Of a stretch of 64,000 nucleotides of DNA, positions 27,550 through 37,385 are shown piece after piece. Under the pieces are notes generated by a model. The model made no database searches and was not told where the DNA came from. It saw nothing but the letters and a program-made list of their open reading frames with translations. Origin of the DNA: an uncultured Spirochaetota bacterium. Its GTDB lineage: Bacteria; Spirochaetota; Spirochaetia; SZUA-6; Fen-1364. Within the stretch, counting starts at the first letter, position 1. Every line of letters begins with the position of its first letter. The translations under genes were made by a program, and so were the position numbers. The stretch is taken from contig CAWAHW010000004.1 in NCBI GenBank assembly GCA_963781885.1, positions 352,001 through 416,000 on the forward strand. Direction: 5' to 3'.

Positions 27550-29826
27550 TCAGAAGTTCGCTTCCGACGTTATCCTCTTGCCGAACCCTCCGCGCTTGGA
27601 ATACCACACGGAGCCGAGGATCAAGACGATACAGGCACCGCCCGCGATGGCCACCCAGAGATTCAGGGTGAGGCCGATGAGCACCGGTGCCGCGATCAGG
27701 GACACGAGGTTGATGACCTTGATCATGGGGTTGAGGGCGGGACCCGATGTGTCCTTCAGGGGATCGCCGACCGTGTCGCCGATGACCGCCGCTTTGTGGG
27801 CTTCGGAGCCCTTGCCGCCGTACAAGCCGTCTTCGACCGTTTTCTTGGCATTGTCCCACGCGCCACCCGAGGTGGCCATGAAGACCGCGAGGAGCTGACC
27901 CGAGAGGATGACCCCGCCGAGGAACCCGCCGAGCGCTTCGACGCCGAGCAGCAGGCCGATGGCGATGGGGGACAGGACCGCAATGAGGGCCAGCGGAATC
28001 AGCTCGCGCTGGGCGGCGGTGGTGCAGAGGCCCACCGTCTGGCCATAGTCGGGCTTCACCTTGCCTTCCAGGAGGCCGGGGATCTTGAACTGCCGCCGCA
28101 CCTCTTCGACGATCAGACCCGCCGCGCGCGCCACCGAGTTCACCGTGAGCGACGAGAACAGCCACGGGATGGTGCCACCGATGAGCAGCCCGATGAAGAC
28201 CTTCGGCACGGAGATGCGGATGCCCGTCACGGACAGCCACGCCTCCCTGGCAACGCCCATGGCGTTCTGGACCAGGGAGACGTCCGTCAGGAAGGAGCCG
28301 AAGAGCGAAACCGCCGCGATGACCGCGGAGCCAATGGCCACGCCTTTTGTGATTGCCTTTGTGGTATTTCCCACGGCATCGAGGTCTGCCATGATCTGGC
28401 GTGCCTTCTGGTCCAGCCCTGCCATTTCCCCGATTCCGTTCGCGTTGTCCGATATCGGTCCGAAGGAATCCATGGCGACGTTGTTGCCGGTAAGCGTGAG
28501 CATCCCGATGCCCGTCATCGCTACGCCGTAGAGGACGTAGGTGACGTCCTGGCCCCAGTAGATGAGGACCGCGGCGAGGATGGTCAGCCCGATGACGATT
28601 GCCTGCCAGAATGTCGCCTCGAACCCGACGACCAGACCGCGGAGGATGACCGTTGCAGGACCCGTGCGGGTCGCCGCGGCGATGTCCTTCACGGGCTTGG
28701 TCTTCGTGTCGGTGAAGTATTTCGTGAGCTCGTCCAGCGCGATGGCAAGACCGATGCCGACCGCCACCGACGCGAAGGCGCGCCATTCGTGCATGTAGAA
28801 CACGGCAAGGAAGAGGAACGCCACCAGGGAGATGGCCGCGCTGGAGTAGAATCCGCGGTTGATCGAGCCGAGGGCGTTTTCGTTGCCGCCATCCTTCCTG
28901 CCGCGGACAAGGTACGTCCCGATGATGGAAGAGAGCACCCCGATGCCGCGCACGAGGAGCGGGAAAATGATCCACTTCAGGTTGTTCGTCGCCATGACGA
29001 GCGCCACGCCGAGGATCAGCCCTGAGACGATCGTCACCTCGTACGACTCGAAGATGTCGGCCGCCATACCGGCGCAGTCGCCAACGTTGTCACCGACGAG
29101 GTCCGCGATCACCGCCGCGTTGCGCGGGTCGTCCTCCGGCATGCCCGCTTCCACCTTACCGACGAGGTCCGCGCCGACATCCGCCGCCTTCGTGTAGATG
29201 CCGCCGCCGACCCTCATGAAGAGGGCGAGGAGCGTGCCGCCGAAGCCGAACCCGAGCAGCGCGTCCGGGGCATCCATGCCCATGTAGAGGAATATCGCGG
29301 TGCCGCCAAGCAGGCCCAAACCGTCGGTGAGCATCCCGGTGATGGTGCCCGACCGGTAGGCGATCTTCAGCGCCTCCGCGAAGCTCGTTCGCGCGGCCGC
29401 CGCCACGCGCACGTTGCCCTGGACGGCCATACGCATGCCGAACTGGCCGACGAGCAGGGAGAAGATTGCGCCCATGACGAATGCGATTGCGCGGGCGAGG
29501 CCGACGTACAGTCTCACCTGGGCATCCGTCGCGGTGGGGAACCGGGACGTCGCCGCCGCGCTGGGCGCAACGACGTAGACGGAGAAGAACAACACCACCG
29601 TGAGGATGGCGATGAGCGGGATGATGGTCTTCAGCTGGCGGCCGAGGTATGCATCCGCACCCTCGCGGATGGCGTCCCAGACGACCTTCATCTCCGACGT
29701 GCCTTTGTCGTGCCGCAGGACTTGCCCGCGAAGCAGGAGGGCGTACAACAGCCCCAGGACGGCGACGCCGAGCACGACCCACAGGGCGACCGTCTCGAAC
29801 ATCGAGGCATTGGCCAGATGTGACAT
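27550..29826 (-). CDS. hppA: Membrane pyrophosphatase, predicted K+-independent H+-pumping
   Basis: GGGIYTKAADVGADLVGKVE, EDDPRN, DNVGD, GGAWDNAKK, GDTVGDPLKD; GNTTKA has the Lys of K+-independent enzymes. Confidence 0.95.
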   Translation of the reverse strand: MSHLANASMFETVALWVVLGVAVLGLLYALLLRGQVLRHDKGTSEMKVVWDAIREGADAYLGRQLKTIIPLIAILTVVLFFSVYVVAPSAAATSRFPTATDAQVRLYVGLARAIAFVMGAIFSLLVGQFGMRMAVQGNVRVAAAARTSFAEALKIAYRSGTITGMLTDGLGLLGGTAIFLYMGMDAPDALLGFGFGGTLLALFMRVGGGIYTKAADVGADLVGKVEAGMPEDDPRNAAVIADLVGDNVGDCAGMAADIFESYEVTIVSGLILGVALVMATNNLKWIIFPLLVRGIGVLSSIIGTYLVRGRKDGGNENALGSINRGFYSSAAISLVAFLFLAVFYMHEWRAFASVAVGIGLAIALDELTKYFTDTKTKPVKDIAAATRTGPATVILRGLVVGFEATFWQAIVIGLTILAAVLIYWGQDVTYVLYGVAMTGIGMLTLTGNNVAMDSFGPISDNANGIGEMAGLDQKARQIMADLDAVGNTTKAITKGVAIGSAVIAAVSLFGSFLTDVSLVQNAMGVAREAWLSVTGIRISVPKVFIGLLIGGTIPWLFSSLTVNSVARAAGLIVEEVRRQFKIPGLLEGKVKPDYGQTVGLCTTAAQRELIPLALIAVLSPIAIGLLLGVEALGGFLGGVILSGQLLAVFMATSGGAWDNAKKTVEDGLYGGKGSEAHKAAVIGDTVGDPLKDTSGPALNPMIKVINLVSLIAAPVLIGLTLNLWVAIAGGACIVLILGSVWYSKRGGFGKRITSEANF

Positions 29827-30028
29827 ACGAATCCTCCGATCGGCCCCGCAACGGCAGCCAGGGGGCGGGCGTCTCTCGTTCGTCGGCAGGTCGGTGCCCG
29901 GAGACTCCTTCAAGGCTCGGCAACGGGGTAAGAGAAAGTGCTCGAAACTTTCGGGAGACGCCGCGCCGACGGCCGGCAGACCCGCGGTTTCGCACCGACA
30001 CGAAAGATCGGCGATCTGAAACCAGCTT

Positions 30029-30058
30029 ACGCTACGCGATCACCGTGGGGAGTGTCAA
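30029..30058 (-). promoter_or_regulatory. sigma70-type promoter of hppA, implying a leader of about 200 nt
   Basis: TTGACA-N18-TAGCGT on the minus strand. Confidence 0.55.
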
Positions 30059-30119
30059 GCGGCCCCGCGCGGCAATTTCTTTTTTTCCGCACATTCGACG
30101 CATTTCGGCCTGACGACGG

Positions 30120-32240
30120 TCACACCCCGGCCCCGCGCCCGGCGCTTCCCGCGTGGTGCCCCGTCGCAACCGCCGCCGCGCCTGCGGCCTCGCGCGATAC
30201 ACCCGCCGCCCCCGCGAGGGAAGCCCCGGTGCGCGGCACTTGCGCCTTGCTCACCGGCACCGGCACGATGACGAACGGGATGCCAAGCTGGTGGAGACGC
30301 CTCTGCACCGCAAAGGTCACGTAGTTGTACAGCACGCGCGTGAGGACCGACTCCTCGCGGAAGACGATGCGGCCGCCGAAGAAGATGCTGTTGGGAAACT
30401 CGGAGAACAGCTTCTCCGCGAGCGTGCAAATCTCGTCCACGACGTCGGTGCCGATCAGCGGGTAACCGCGCGCGAAGAATCCCTGCCGGCGGACGTAGGT
30501 GACGTACCTGTCGAGGCTTTCCGCCACGTGCGCCTCCAGCTGGGCGATCTCGTCCTTTCCCTTGAAGCGCTCCGCGTCGATGATGCCCGCCTGGATGAAG
30601 AAGAAGTTGCGCACGCCCTTGCCGAACAGGCGCACGACGTTGAAGAGCGTGTGGAGGCCCATGCCGTTGAATCCCCCGACGAGGATCACGGCCGTGCGCG
30701 ACCGGGGATTGTAGCGGGGCGCGCGGCGCCGCCGATCCGTGCCGCGATGGTCCTCGGACTGGCTGGCTTCCACCACCCGCACGAGCGTGTCCAGGTGGGA
30801 GAGCTGCCGCTGCGTTCTTTTATAGAAGCGCTTGATGGAGACCGCCACGAGCATGAGGGAACCGGTGACGAATATCGTGATCCAACCGCCTTCGCCGAAC
30901 TTGATGACGATCATGGAGAGAAGGATGAACACGGTGAGCACGAGGCCGACGCCGTTGATGAGGATCTTCTTCTTCCAGTGCGGCGCGCGGCTGCGGTCGC
31001 GCCACCAATGGCGCACCATGCCGAGCTGGGAGAGGGAGAAGGTAATGAAGACATTGATGCTGTAGAGCACCACCATGAAGGCCACCGAGCCGCGCGTGAG
31101 GAGGAGGAGCACGAATGCGGCGGCGCCGGTGAGGAGGATGCCGTTCTTGATGACGAAACGCTCGCTCAGGAGGCTGAACTGCTGGGGGAACCAGCGGTCC
31201 ATGGACATGTAGGAGAGCACCCGCGGCGCGCTCAGGAACCCCGTCTGGGCGGCGGCGAAAAGGAGGGCCGCCTCGGACAGGAGCGTCACGGTGACGAAGA
31301 CCGGTCCCAGGGGGCCCCACCCCTCGGTGATGCGGGAGAAAAGGGTGGCGTTCAAGGTCTTTCCGACCTGGTGCCGGACGTCGAAGAGGAGGTAGCCGAC
31401 CATGAGGCCGGCGGCGAGGAATGCAAGGGAGGCCGCCATGTAGCGCATCGTGCGCTTCGCGGTCTGCACGCGCGGCTCCCGCAGGATGGGCATCGCATTG
31501 CTCACCGCCTCGATGCCCGTGTAGGTGCCTGCCCCCATGCTGTAGGCGCGCAGGATGATGAAGACGAGGCCGAACGTGCCGATCTGGGACGTGGTCTGCC
31601 GCACCTCGTCTCCCGTGCGCGCGGCGAGCGCGGGAAAATCCGGCAGATGGGCGAAGATCGGGTAGAGGACCGCGACGATATGCGTGAGGATGAAAAGGAG
31701 GAAGATCGGCGTCAGGGTCATGACCGACTCCCGCACACCGCGCATGTTCAGGAGGATGAGGAGCCCGAGCCCCCCACAGGCGACCAGGAGCTTCATCGGC
31801 TGCCAGCTTGACGGCAGCGAGCTGAACAGCGCGTCGGTGCCGCTCGCAATGGAAAGCGATATGGTAAGCACGTAATCCACCAGCAGCGCGCATCCCGACG
31901 CCATGCCGAGGGTCGGCGAAAGGAGCTTGCTCGCCACGAGGTAGCCGCCGCCACCGCTGGGAAAGACCTCGACGATCTGGGAATAGCTTGCGGCGATGAT
32001 GAAGATGGTGAGCGCGGTGGCCGCCGCCACGAACACCCCGAGCGGGATGCGCGCCCCGAGGGCGAGGAAGGCCTCCTCGGGTCCGTACGACGAGGAGGTG
32101 AGACCGTCCGAGCCCAGACCCACCCATGCAAGCAGCGCGGCAAGAGAGAGCTTCTGGAACAGGTCGGGATCCTTGATTGAACGCGCACCGCCGATCAGGA
32201 TAGACAGGAGGCGCTGCGCGATGTCTGTCTTCTTCCTCAT
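30120..32240 (-). CDS. APC superfamily permease, KimA/YdaO-like (possible K+ transporter)
   Basis: SDGLTSSSYGPEEAF, PSGGGGY, ALLVDYVLT, TGIEAVSN, LYSINVF; cytoplasmic C-terminal domain. Confidence 0.8.
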   Translation of the reverse strand: MRKKTDIAQRLLSILIGGARSIKDPDLFQKLSLAALLAWVGLGSDGLTSSSYGPEEAFLALGARIPLGVFVAAATALTIFIIAASYSQIVEVFPSGGGGYLVASKLLSPTLGMASGCALLVDYVLTISLSIASGTDALFSSLPSSWQPMKLLVACGGLGLLILLNMRGVRESVMTLTPIFLLFILTHIVAVLYPIFAHLPDFPALAARTGDEVRQTTSQIGTFGLVFIILRAYSMGAGTYTGIEAVSNAMPILREPRVQTAKRTMRYMAASLAFLAAGLMVGYLLFDVRHQVGKTLNATLFSRITEGWGPLGPVFVTVTLLSEAALLFAAAQTGFLSAPRVLSYMSMDRWFPQQFSLLSERFVIKNGILLTGAAAFVLLLLTRGSVAFMVVLYSINVFITFSLSQLGMVRHWWRDRSRAPHWKKKILINGVGLVLTVFILLSMIVIKFGEGGWITIFVTGSLMLVAVSIKRFYKRTQRQLSHLDTLVRVVEASQSEDHRGTDRRRRAPRYNPRSRTAVILVGGFNGMGLHTLFNVVRLFGKGVRNFFFIQAGIIDAERFKGKDEIAQLEAHVAESLDRYVTYVRRQGFFARGYPLIGTDVVDEICTLAEKLFSEFPNSIFFGGRIVFREESVLTRVLYNYVTFAVQRRLHQLGIPFVIVPVPVSKAQVPRTGASLAGAAGVSREAAGAAAVATGHHAGSAGRGAGV

Positions 32241-32319
32241 TCAGTCTCTTTGCAAAAGCGGCTCATCTTAGCCGGACGAGCGCGTGGGGCGCAAGCTGCC
32301 GCGCGGGAGGCCGTTTTCC

Positions 32320-32348
32320 TTGAATTGCTCCGGCCGCGCGTGTATGAT
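32320..32348 (+). promoter_or_regulatory. sigma70-type promoter of exbBD
   Basis: TTGAAT-N17-TATGAT. Confidence 0.6.
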
Positions 32349-32384
32349 TGATTTGCGTTCATCCGGAACAACAAGGAGACGACA

Positions 32385-33005
32385 GTGTTTGCAGGCAAAA
32401 CCATATTCCAGATTCTTTCCATGGGCGGGTTCACGATGTACGTCCTGCTCCTCTGTTCGGTGCTTTCCCTGGGCGTCATCATCGATCGCGTCGCGAGCTA
32501 CTGGAAGAAATCGCGCGTCGCGCGGCCGGCGTTCATGGAAAGAATAAAGGATGAGCTGAAAAAAAAGGATTTTGCGCGCGCCATGGAGATCTGCCGGGAG
32601 ACGGAGACCCCGTTCGCCAAGGTGGTGCTTGCGGGCTTGGAGAAGGCCGGCCGCGCAGAAAAGGTCGTCGGCACGGTCATGGAGAGGCAGATCGCCATTG
32701 AAGTCGACAAGCTGGAGCGTCTCACGAGCATCGTCGCGACGATCGGAAACATCGCGGTTTACGTCGGGCTTTTCGGCACGGTGCTCGGCATCATCCGCGC
32801 CTTCCGCGACATCTCGGCGGCGGGAACCGGCGGCATGGACGTCGTGATCGGCGGCGTCGCGGAGGCGCTCATCACCACCGCCACGGGTCTCGCGGTGGCG
32901 GTGCCGTCGGTGATTCTCTACAACTGGTTCAGCCGGCGCATCGAGAGGTTCGAGGGCGACATGCAGCTCGCCGCCTCCGAAGTCTCCGACCTGATCGGGC
33001 GCTAG
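32385..33005 (+). CDS. exbB: MotA/TolQ/ExbB proton channel protein
   Basis: ATIGNIAVYVGLFGTVLGII, GVAEALITTATGLAVAVP. Confidence 0.88.
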   Translation: MFAGKTIFQILSMGGFTMYVLLLCSVLSLGVIIDRVASYWKKSRVARPAFMERIKDELKKKDFARAMEICRETETPFAKVVLAGLEKAGRAEKVVGTVMERQIAIEVDKLERLTSIVATIGNIAVYVGLFGTVLGIIRAFRDISAAGTGGMDVVIGGVAEALITTATGLAVAVPSVILYNWFSRRIERFEGDMQLAASEVSDLIGR

Positions 33006-33006
33006 C

Positions 33007-33414
33007 ATGCGCGGCGCACGGCGCTCCCGCGGCGGGCTGATTGCCGGTATCAACATCACGCCCCTCACGGACGTGGTGCTCGTCCTGCTGGTCATCTTCA
33101 TGATCGCCACACCCCTGCTCATCCGCTCGGAGATCAAGGTGAATCTCCCGCGCACGGCCACGGCGGAGGCCGCGGCGGAAAAGAGTCTCGTGATCACCAT
33201 CGATGCGGCGGGCAATGTCTATCTCGACGGCGCGCGCCTGGCCGTCGCCGACCTTGCCCAGAATCTCACCGCGACCCTCGCAAGCCGGCCCGGCGCCCCC
33301 GTCATCATCATGGGCGACAAGGACGTGCGCTACGACCTGGTGGTGCGGGTCCTGGAGATCGCGAAGTCGGTGGGGGTGAGCCGCCTGTCGCTCGCCGTCG
33401 AGGTGAAAAAGTAA
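33007..33414 (+). CDS. exbD: ExbD/TolR biopolymer transport protein
   Basis: INITPLTDVVLVLLVIFMI, VNLP, GDKDVRY. Confidence 0.9.
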   Translation: MRGARRSRGGLIAGINITPLTDVVLVLLVIFMIATPLLIRSEIKVNLPRTATAEAAAEKSLVITIDAAGNVYLDGARLAVADLAQNLTATLASRPGAPVIIMGDKDVRYDLVVRVLEIAKSVGVSRLSLAVEVKK

Positions 33415-33444
33415 CACGCCCCTGCCCCCGCGGGGTTGCATCAC

Positions 33445-33473
33445 TCGACAGGCCCCGTGGGGGGCCCTATACT
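33445..33473 (+). promoter_or_regulatory. sigma70-type promoter
   Basis: TCGACA-N17-TATACT. Confidence 0.55.
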
Positions 33474-33500
33474 TGCTTCGATCACCGACAGGAGGCTCGC

Positions 33501-34010
33501 ATGGACAATCGCTCGAAGTCCGCCGTCGTGACCGGGACGGTCCTCATCGTCCTGGGTGTGTTCTTCCTCGTCACGCGCTTCGTCCCCAGCTTCTTCCAGG
33601 TCCTGTCCTGGCCGTACATCGTGATCGGCATCGGCGTGGTGTTCATGCTGATCGCCCTGATCACCTGGACGCCCGGGCTCGCGGTGCCTGCCTGCATCAT
33701 CGGCGGCATCGGCGGGATCCTCTTCTGGATGAATCTCACCGGTGAATGGTGGCGATGGTCGTACATGTGGGCCCTCATCCCCGGCTTCGTCGGCGTCGGC
33801 GTGGCGCTCAACGAGCTCCTGGAAGGCCGGCCGCTGCGCGCCCTGCTGGAGGGCGGGTGGCCCATCCTCATCAGCCTCCTCCTGTTCTTCATATTCGGCT
33901 CCTTCCTCGGCGGCCTGCCCTGGACCGGGCCGTGGTGGGCAATCGTGCTGATCGCAATCGGGGCGCTCGTCATCCTGCGGCCCCTGGTAAGGAAAGGAAA
34001 GGGGGACTGA
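33501..34010 (+). CDS. Membrane protein with LiaF/LiaI-like TM repeats
   Basis: GxxLIxxG...WPxIxIxxG repeated units. Confidence 0.7.
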   Translation: MDNRSKSAVVTGTVLIVLGVFFLVTRFVPSFFQVLSWPYIVIGIGVVFMLIALITWTPGLAVPACIIGGIGGILFWMNLTGEWWRWSYMWALIPGFVGVGVALNELLEGRPLRALLEGGWPILISLLLFFIFGSFLGGLPWTGPWWAIVLIAIGALVILRPLVRKGKGD

Positions 34011-34829
34011 ATGCGCAGGTGGAGCTTCATCGTCGGTGGCATCCTCATCATCCTCGGCGTCTTCTCCCTCCTTCAGGTCGCCCTGGACGCCATCGGCATC
34101 GTCTTCCGCATCTGGTGGGTCTTCTGGCCGCTCGTTCTCATTGCCGTGGGAGTGTGGATCATCATGGGGTTCACGCGCGCCGGCTTTTCCGCCCTTCCGC
34201 GCGAACAATCATCGGTCCCCCTGGAAGGGGCGCAGACAGGCTCCGTCACCGTGCATCACGGCGCGGGAAGGCTCACGATCGGCGCCGGGGCGCCGGCGGA
34301 CCAGCTCCTCTCCGGCAGCTTCGGCGGCGGTCTGGACGCCTCGCGCCGCGTGGATGCCGGCAGGCTCTCCGTCGACATGAGGGTGCGGGACCGCACCGTT
34401 TCCCATTACATCTTCGGCCCCTGGCACAGGGGCTGGGCGGGAGCGCTCGATTGGGATTTCGATCTCAACCCGTCGCTGCCGCTTTCCCTGCGCCTGGAGA
34501 CCGGCGCGAGCGAAAGCCACCTGTCGCTCACCGATCTGCAGGTCCGCGAGCTGCACCTGAAGACCGGCGCGAGCTCGACGACCATCGACCTGCCGGCTGC
34601 CGCGGGCTTCACGCGCGTCATCGTGGAATCCGGGGCGGCATCCGTGCGGTTGCGGGTTCCCTCGTCCGTCGCCGCCACGATACGGGTGAGGAGCGCCCTT
34701 GCCGGCATCCGCGTCGACTCGTCGCGCTTCCACCGCTCGGGCGGCTCCTATGCGTCGGCGGACTACGATTCAGCGAAGAACAAGGTGGAGATCGACGTCG
34801 AGACCGGCGTCGGATCGGTGGAGATCTGA
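34011..34829 (+). CDS. LiaF-like protein (N-terminal TM plus beta-solenoid repeats)
   Basis: FWPLVLIAVG, then repeats LETGAS, LKTGAS, VESGAA, VETGVG. Confidence 0.7.
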   Translation: MRRWSFIVGGILIILGVFSLLQVALDAIGIVFRIWWVFWPLVLIAVGVWIIMGFTRAGFSALPREQSSVPLEGAQTGSVTVHHGAGRLTIGAGAPADQLLSGSFGGGLDASRRVDAGRLSVDMRVRDRTVSHYIFGPWHRGWAGALDWDFDLNPSLPLSLRLETGASESHLSLTDLQVRELHLKTGASSTTIDLPAAAGFTRVIVESGAASVRLRVPSSVAATIRVRSALAGIRVDSSRFHRSGGSYASADYDSAKNKVEIDVETGVGSVEI

Positions 34830-34883
34830 CTAGGCGGCGCGGCCCCCGCAGGCGCGGCGCCGCGCCCTTTCCTTCGACCCGCC

Positions 34884-35915
34884 CTAGCGCATCTGCCAGA
34901 AAGACGGCAGGAGAAGCCGAAGCGCGGTATCCGCCGCGACCCCGAGGATGAAGAGGTTCCCGAACCTCCTGTTGTGCACGAAGCACACGGTGGAGAACCA
35001 TCGCGGCCAGACGGGATAGCCGGGCGGCGCCTCCGTCGGCCGGGGCTTTGCAAGCTTCGTGACGGCCTTCCATGCCTGCGGCGCTGCGATAAAAACCACG
35101 AGCATGACAGGTGTGAAGAATCGCGAGACGGCCACCGCGTACAGCGTGACGGCATAGGCGAGCGCGATCGCCGCAATCGTCGCGACGCGCGCCGCCGTTT
35201 CGCCGATCAGGACGGGAAGCGTGTGGATTCCCTTCTGCCTGTCCTGCCCTGACTTATCGATGTGCTTGCCGAGATTGATGCTCGCCGTGCTCAGGCCGAA
35301 GGGAATGCCCGCGACTGCCACGGCCCAGCTCCAGTGGTGGGCGAGCACGAGAAACACCCCGCCGATCATCACGGGACCCCAGATGATGAAGATCGTGAGC
35401 TCGCCCACCGCCACGTGCTTCAGCGGATAGGTGTACAGGAGGAGCATGAGGGCGCCATAGGCGAACAGGCCGACGACGACCGGATCGAACTTGGTGTAGA
35501 AAAGCGCGAAGACCGCGGAGGCCAGCCCCAGGATGCCCGTGATGACGAACCACCGCACCTGTACCGGCTTGCTCCAGAAGCCCTGCGCGAGAGGGTGCAC
35601 CCCGTACTGGGTGCGGAAGTAGTTGTCGGTGTCGACGCCGCGTCGGTAATCCGTGTAGTCGTTGAGCAGGTTGTTGGCCCCGTGCGCAAGGAAGAGACCC
35701 AGTGTCATGACGAGCCACGGCAGGGGCGAGAAGACGCCGTCGCGGAGGGCAAAAAGCCCCGCGATGACGCAGGAGCACAGCGTCACCGTCGTGACGCCGG
35801 ATCGGGTGGCGATCAGCCACTTGGAGATCACGTCCAGCGCGTCCCACTCCTGCTTCTTTTCCATCCGCACGAGCTGGGTCGACGCCCTTTTCCACATTGC
35901 CAGGTTGACTGCCAT
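34884..35915 (-). CDS. UbiA-family prenyltransferase, MenA-like
   Basis: NLLNDYTDYRRGVD, LYTYPLK, KHIDKSGQDRQKGIHTLPV. Confidence 0.85.
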   Translation of the reverse strand: MAVNLAMWKRASTQLVRMEKKQEWDALDVISKWLIATRSGVTTVTLCSCVIAGLFALRDGVFSPLPWLVMTLGLFLAHGANNLLNDYTDYRRGVDTDNYFRTQYGVHPLAQGFWSKPVQVRWFVITGILGLASAVFALFYTKFDPVVVGLFAYGALMLLLYTYPLKHVAVGELTIFIIWGPVMIGGVFLVLAHHWSWAVAVAGIPFGLSTASINLGKHIDKSGQDRQKGIHTLPVLIGETAARVATIAAIALAYAVTLYAVAVSRFFTPVMLVVFIAAPQAWKAVTKLAKPRPTEAPPGYPVWPRWFSTVCFVHNRRFGNLFILGVAADTALRLLLPSFWQMR

Positions 35916-35980
35916 TCCCTTCTCCTTGCGCGCGTTCGTTGGCTTCAATATACGGAGGAGAATGGCGGGAGGAAAAGAAG

Positions 35981-36004
35981 CGCGCGCGGGAGCTCCCGCG
36001 CGCG
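35981..36004. terminator. Perfect palindrome, likely intrinsic terminator of the pyrimidine operon
   Basis: CGCGCGCGGGAGCTCCCGCGCGCG, followed by CTTCTTTT on the minus strand. Confidence 0.65.
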
Positions 36005-36016
36005 AAAACGGGCGGC

Positions 36017-37348
36017 TTAAGACTTCCTGACGAGCGTGTCGGTCCAGGCCAGGCCCTTTTCTATGGTGGCGACCATCTCGTCGATCTGCGGCCGGGTGAT
36101 GATGAGCGGCGGGGAGATGAAGATGTAGTCCCAGTTGCTATAGAGGTACAACCCGTTGTCCATGAAGATCTTGCCCAGCTGCCCCGAGACGTTGCGGATG
36201 GAATCGTTGAAGCCCGCCAGGGGCGCCTTTGTCTTCTTGTCGGAGACCAGCTCGATGCACGCCCACAGCCCTTTGCAGCGCGTGTCGCCCACCGAGGGGT
36301 GCTTTGCTTCCAGCGCCTTCAACTTGCCTGCCAGGTACTCTCCGTCTTTCGCCGATTTCTCGATGAGGTTGTCCTTCTTGTAGACCTCGATGTTCGCGAT
36401 GCCGCACGCGCAGGCGAGCGCGTGGCCGCAGTAGGTGAGACCCGAGGTGAACTTCCGCTCCTGGAAGTAGTCCCAGATCTTCTTGCTCCAGATGGTCGCG
36501 CCCAGCTGCACGTACCCGGACGTGATGCCCTTTGCCGTGGAGATGATGTCCGGCACGACGTCGAAGTGCTGGATGCCGAACCACGCCCCCGAGCGGCCCC
36601 ACCCCGCCATGACCTCGTCGGAGATCAGGAGGATGCCGTTCTCGTCGCAGAGCTGGCGCAGGCCCTTCATGTAGCTCACGGGAGGGACGATGATCCCGTT
36701 CGTGCCGACGATGGGCTCGATGATGATGGCCGCCACCGACTTGGGGTTGTCGTACATGAGCTGCTCTTTCAGCACCGCGAGCGTCTTCTGCCCGCATTCC
36801 TCCGCATCGCGCGACCCGAAGGGGCAGCGGTACGGATAGGGGCCGAAGAAATGCTCGACGCCGGGGATGCCGGGTTCCGCGGGCCAGCGGCGCGGGTCGC
36901 CCGACAGGGTGATGGCACCGGCGGTGGCGCCGTGGTAGCTCTTCCAGGCGGCGTAGATCTTGTGCCGGCCGGTGAACCAGCGGGCGGACTTGATGGCGTT
37001 CTCATTCGCTTCGGCGCCGCCGTTTGTGAACAGCACGTAGTCGAGGTCTCCCGGGGTGACCTCGGCAACCATGGAGGCGAGCTTCGCCTTGGGCTCGGTG
37101 CCGAATCCTGGCGACACGAAGCACAGCTTCTCCATCTGCGCCTTCATCGCGTCCAGCACGTGCCGGTTGCCGTGGCCCAGGTTGATGTTGAGCAGGCCCG
37201 AGCAGCCGTCGATGATCGCGCGGCCGTCGTTGTCGTACATATAGATGCCTTCCGCGTGATCGATCACGGTCGGCTTCCACCCGCCTTGCGCCTTCCAGCT
37301 GTAGATCACGTGCTCGCGGTCGAGCTTCTGCAGTTCGTCAGTCTTCAT
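36017..37348 (-). CDS. Class III aminotransferase, probable beta-alanine aminotransferase
   Basis: GGAEANE, SYHGAT, EPIVG, SDEVMAGWGRSG, AKGITSG; substrate inferred from context. Confidence 0.85.
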   Translation of the reverse strand: MKTDELQKLDREHVIYSWKAQGGWKPTVIDHAEGIYMYDNDGRAIIDGCSGLLNINLGHGNRHVLDAMKAQMEKLCFVSPGFGTEPKAKLASMVAEVTPGDLDYVLFTNGGAEANENAIKSARWFTGRHKIYAAWKSYHGATAGAITLSGDPRRWPAEPGIPGVEHFFGPYPYRCPFGSRDAEECGQKTLAVLKEQLMYDNPKSVAAIIIEPIVGTNGIIVPPVSYMKGLRQLCDENGILLISDEVMAGWGRSGAWFGIQHFDVVPDIISTAKGITSGYVQLGATIWSKKIWDYFQERKFTSGLTYCGHALACACGIANIEVYKKDNLIEKSAKDGEYLAGKLKALEAKHPSVGDTRCKGLWACIELVSDKKTKAPLAGFNDSIRNVSGQLGKIFMDNGLYLYSNWDYIFISPPLIITRPQIDEMVATIEKGLAWTDTLVRKS

Positions 37349-37385
37349 TGTCTCTCCTGTCACCCTTCGGGGCGCGTGCGGCGTC

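Noticed and set aside
27550-29826. Na+-pumping K+-dependent PPase
   Set aside because: The signature is GNTTKA (Lys) rather than GNTTAA, indicating the K+-independent H+ type
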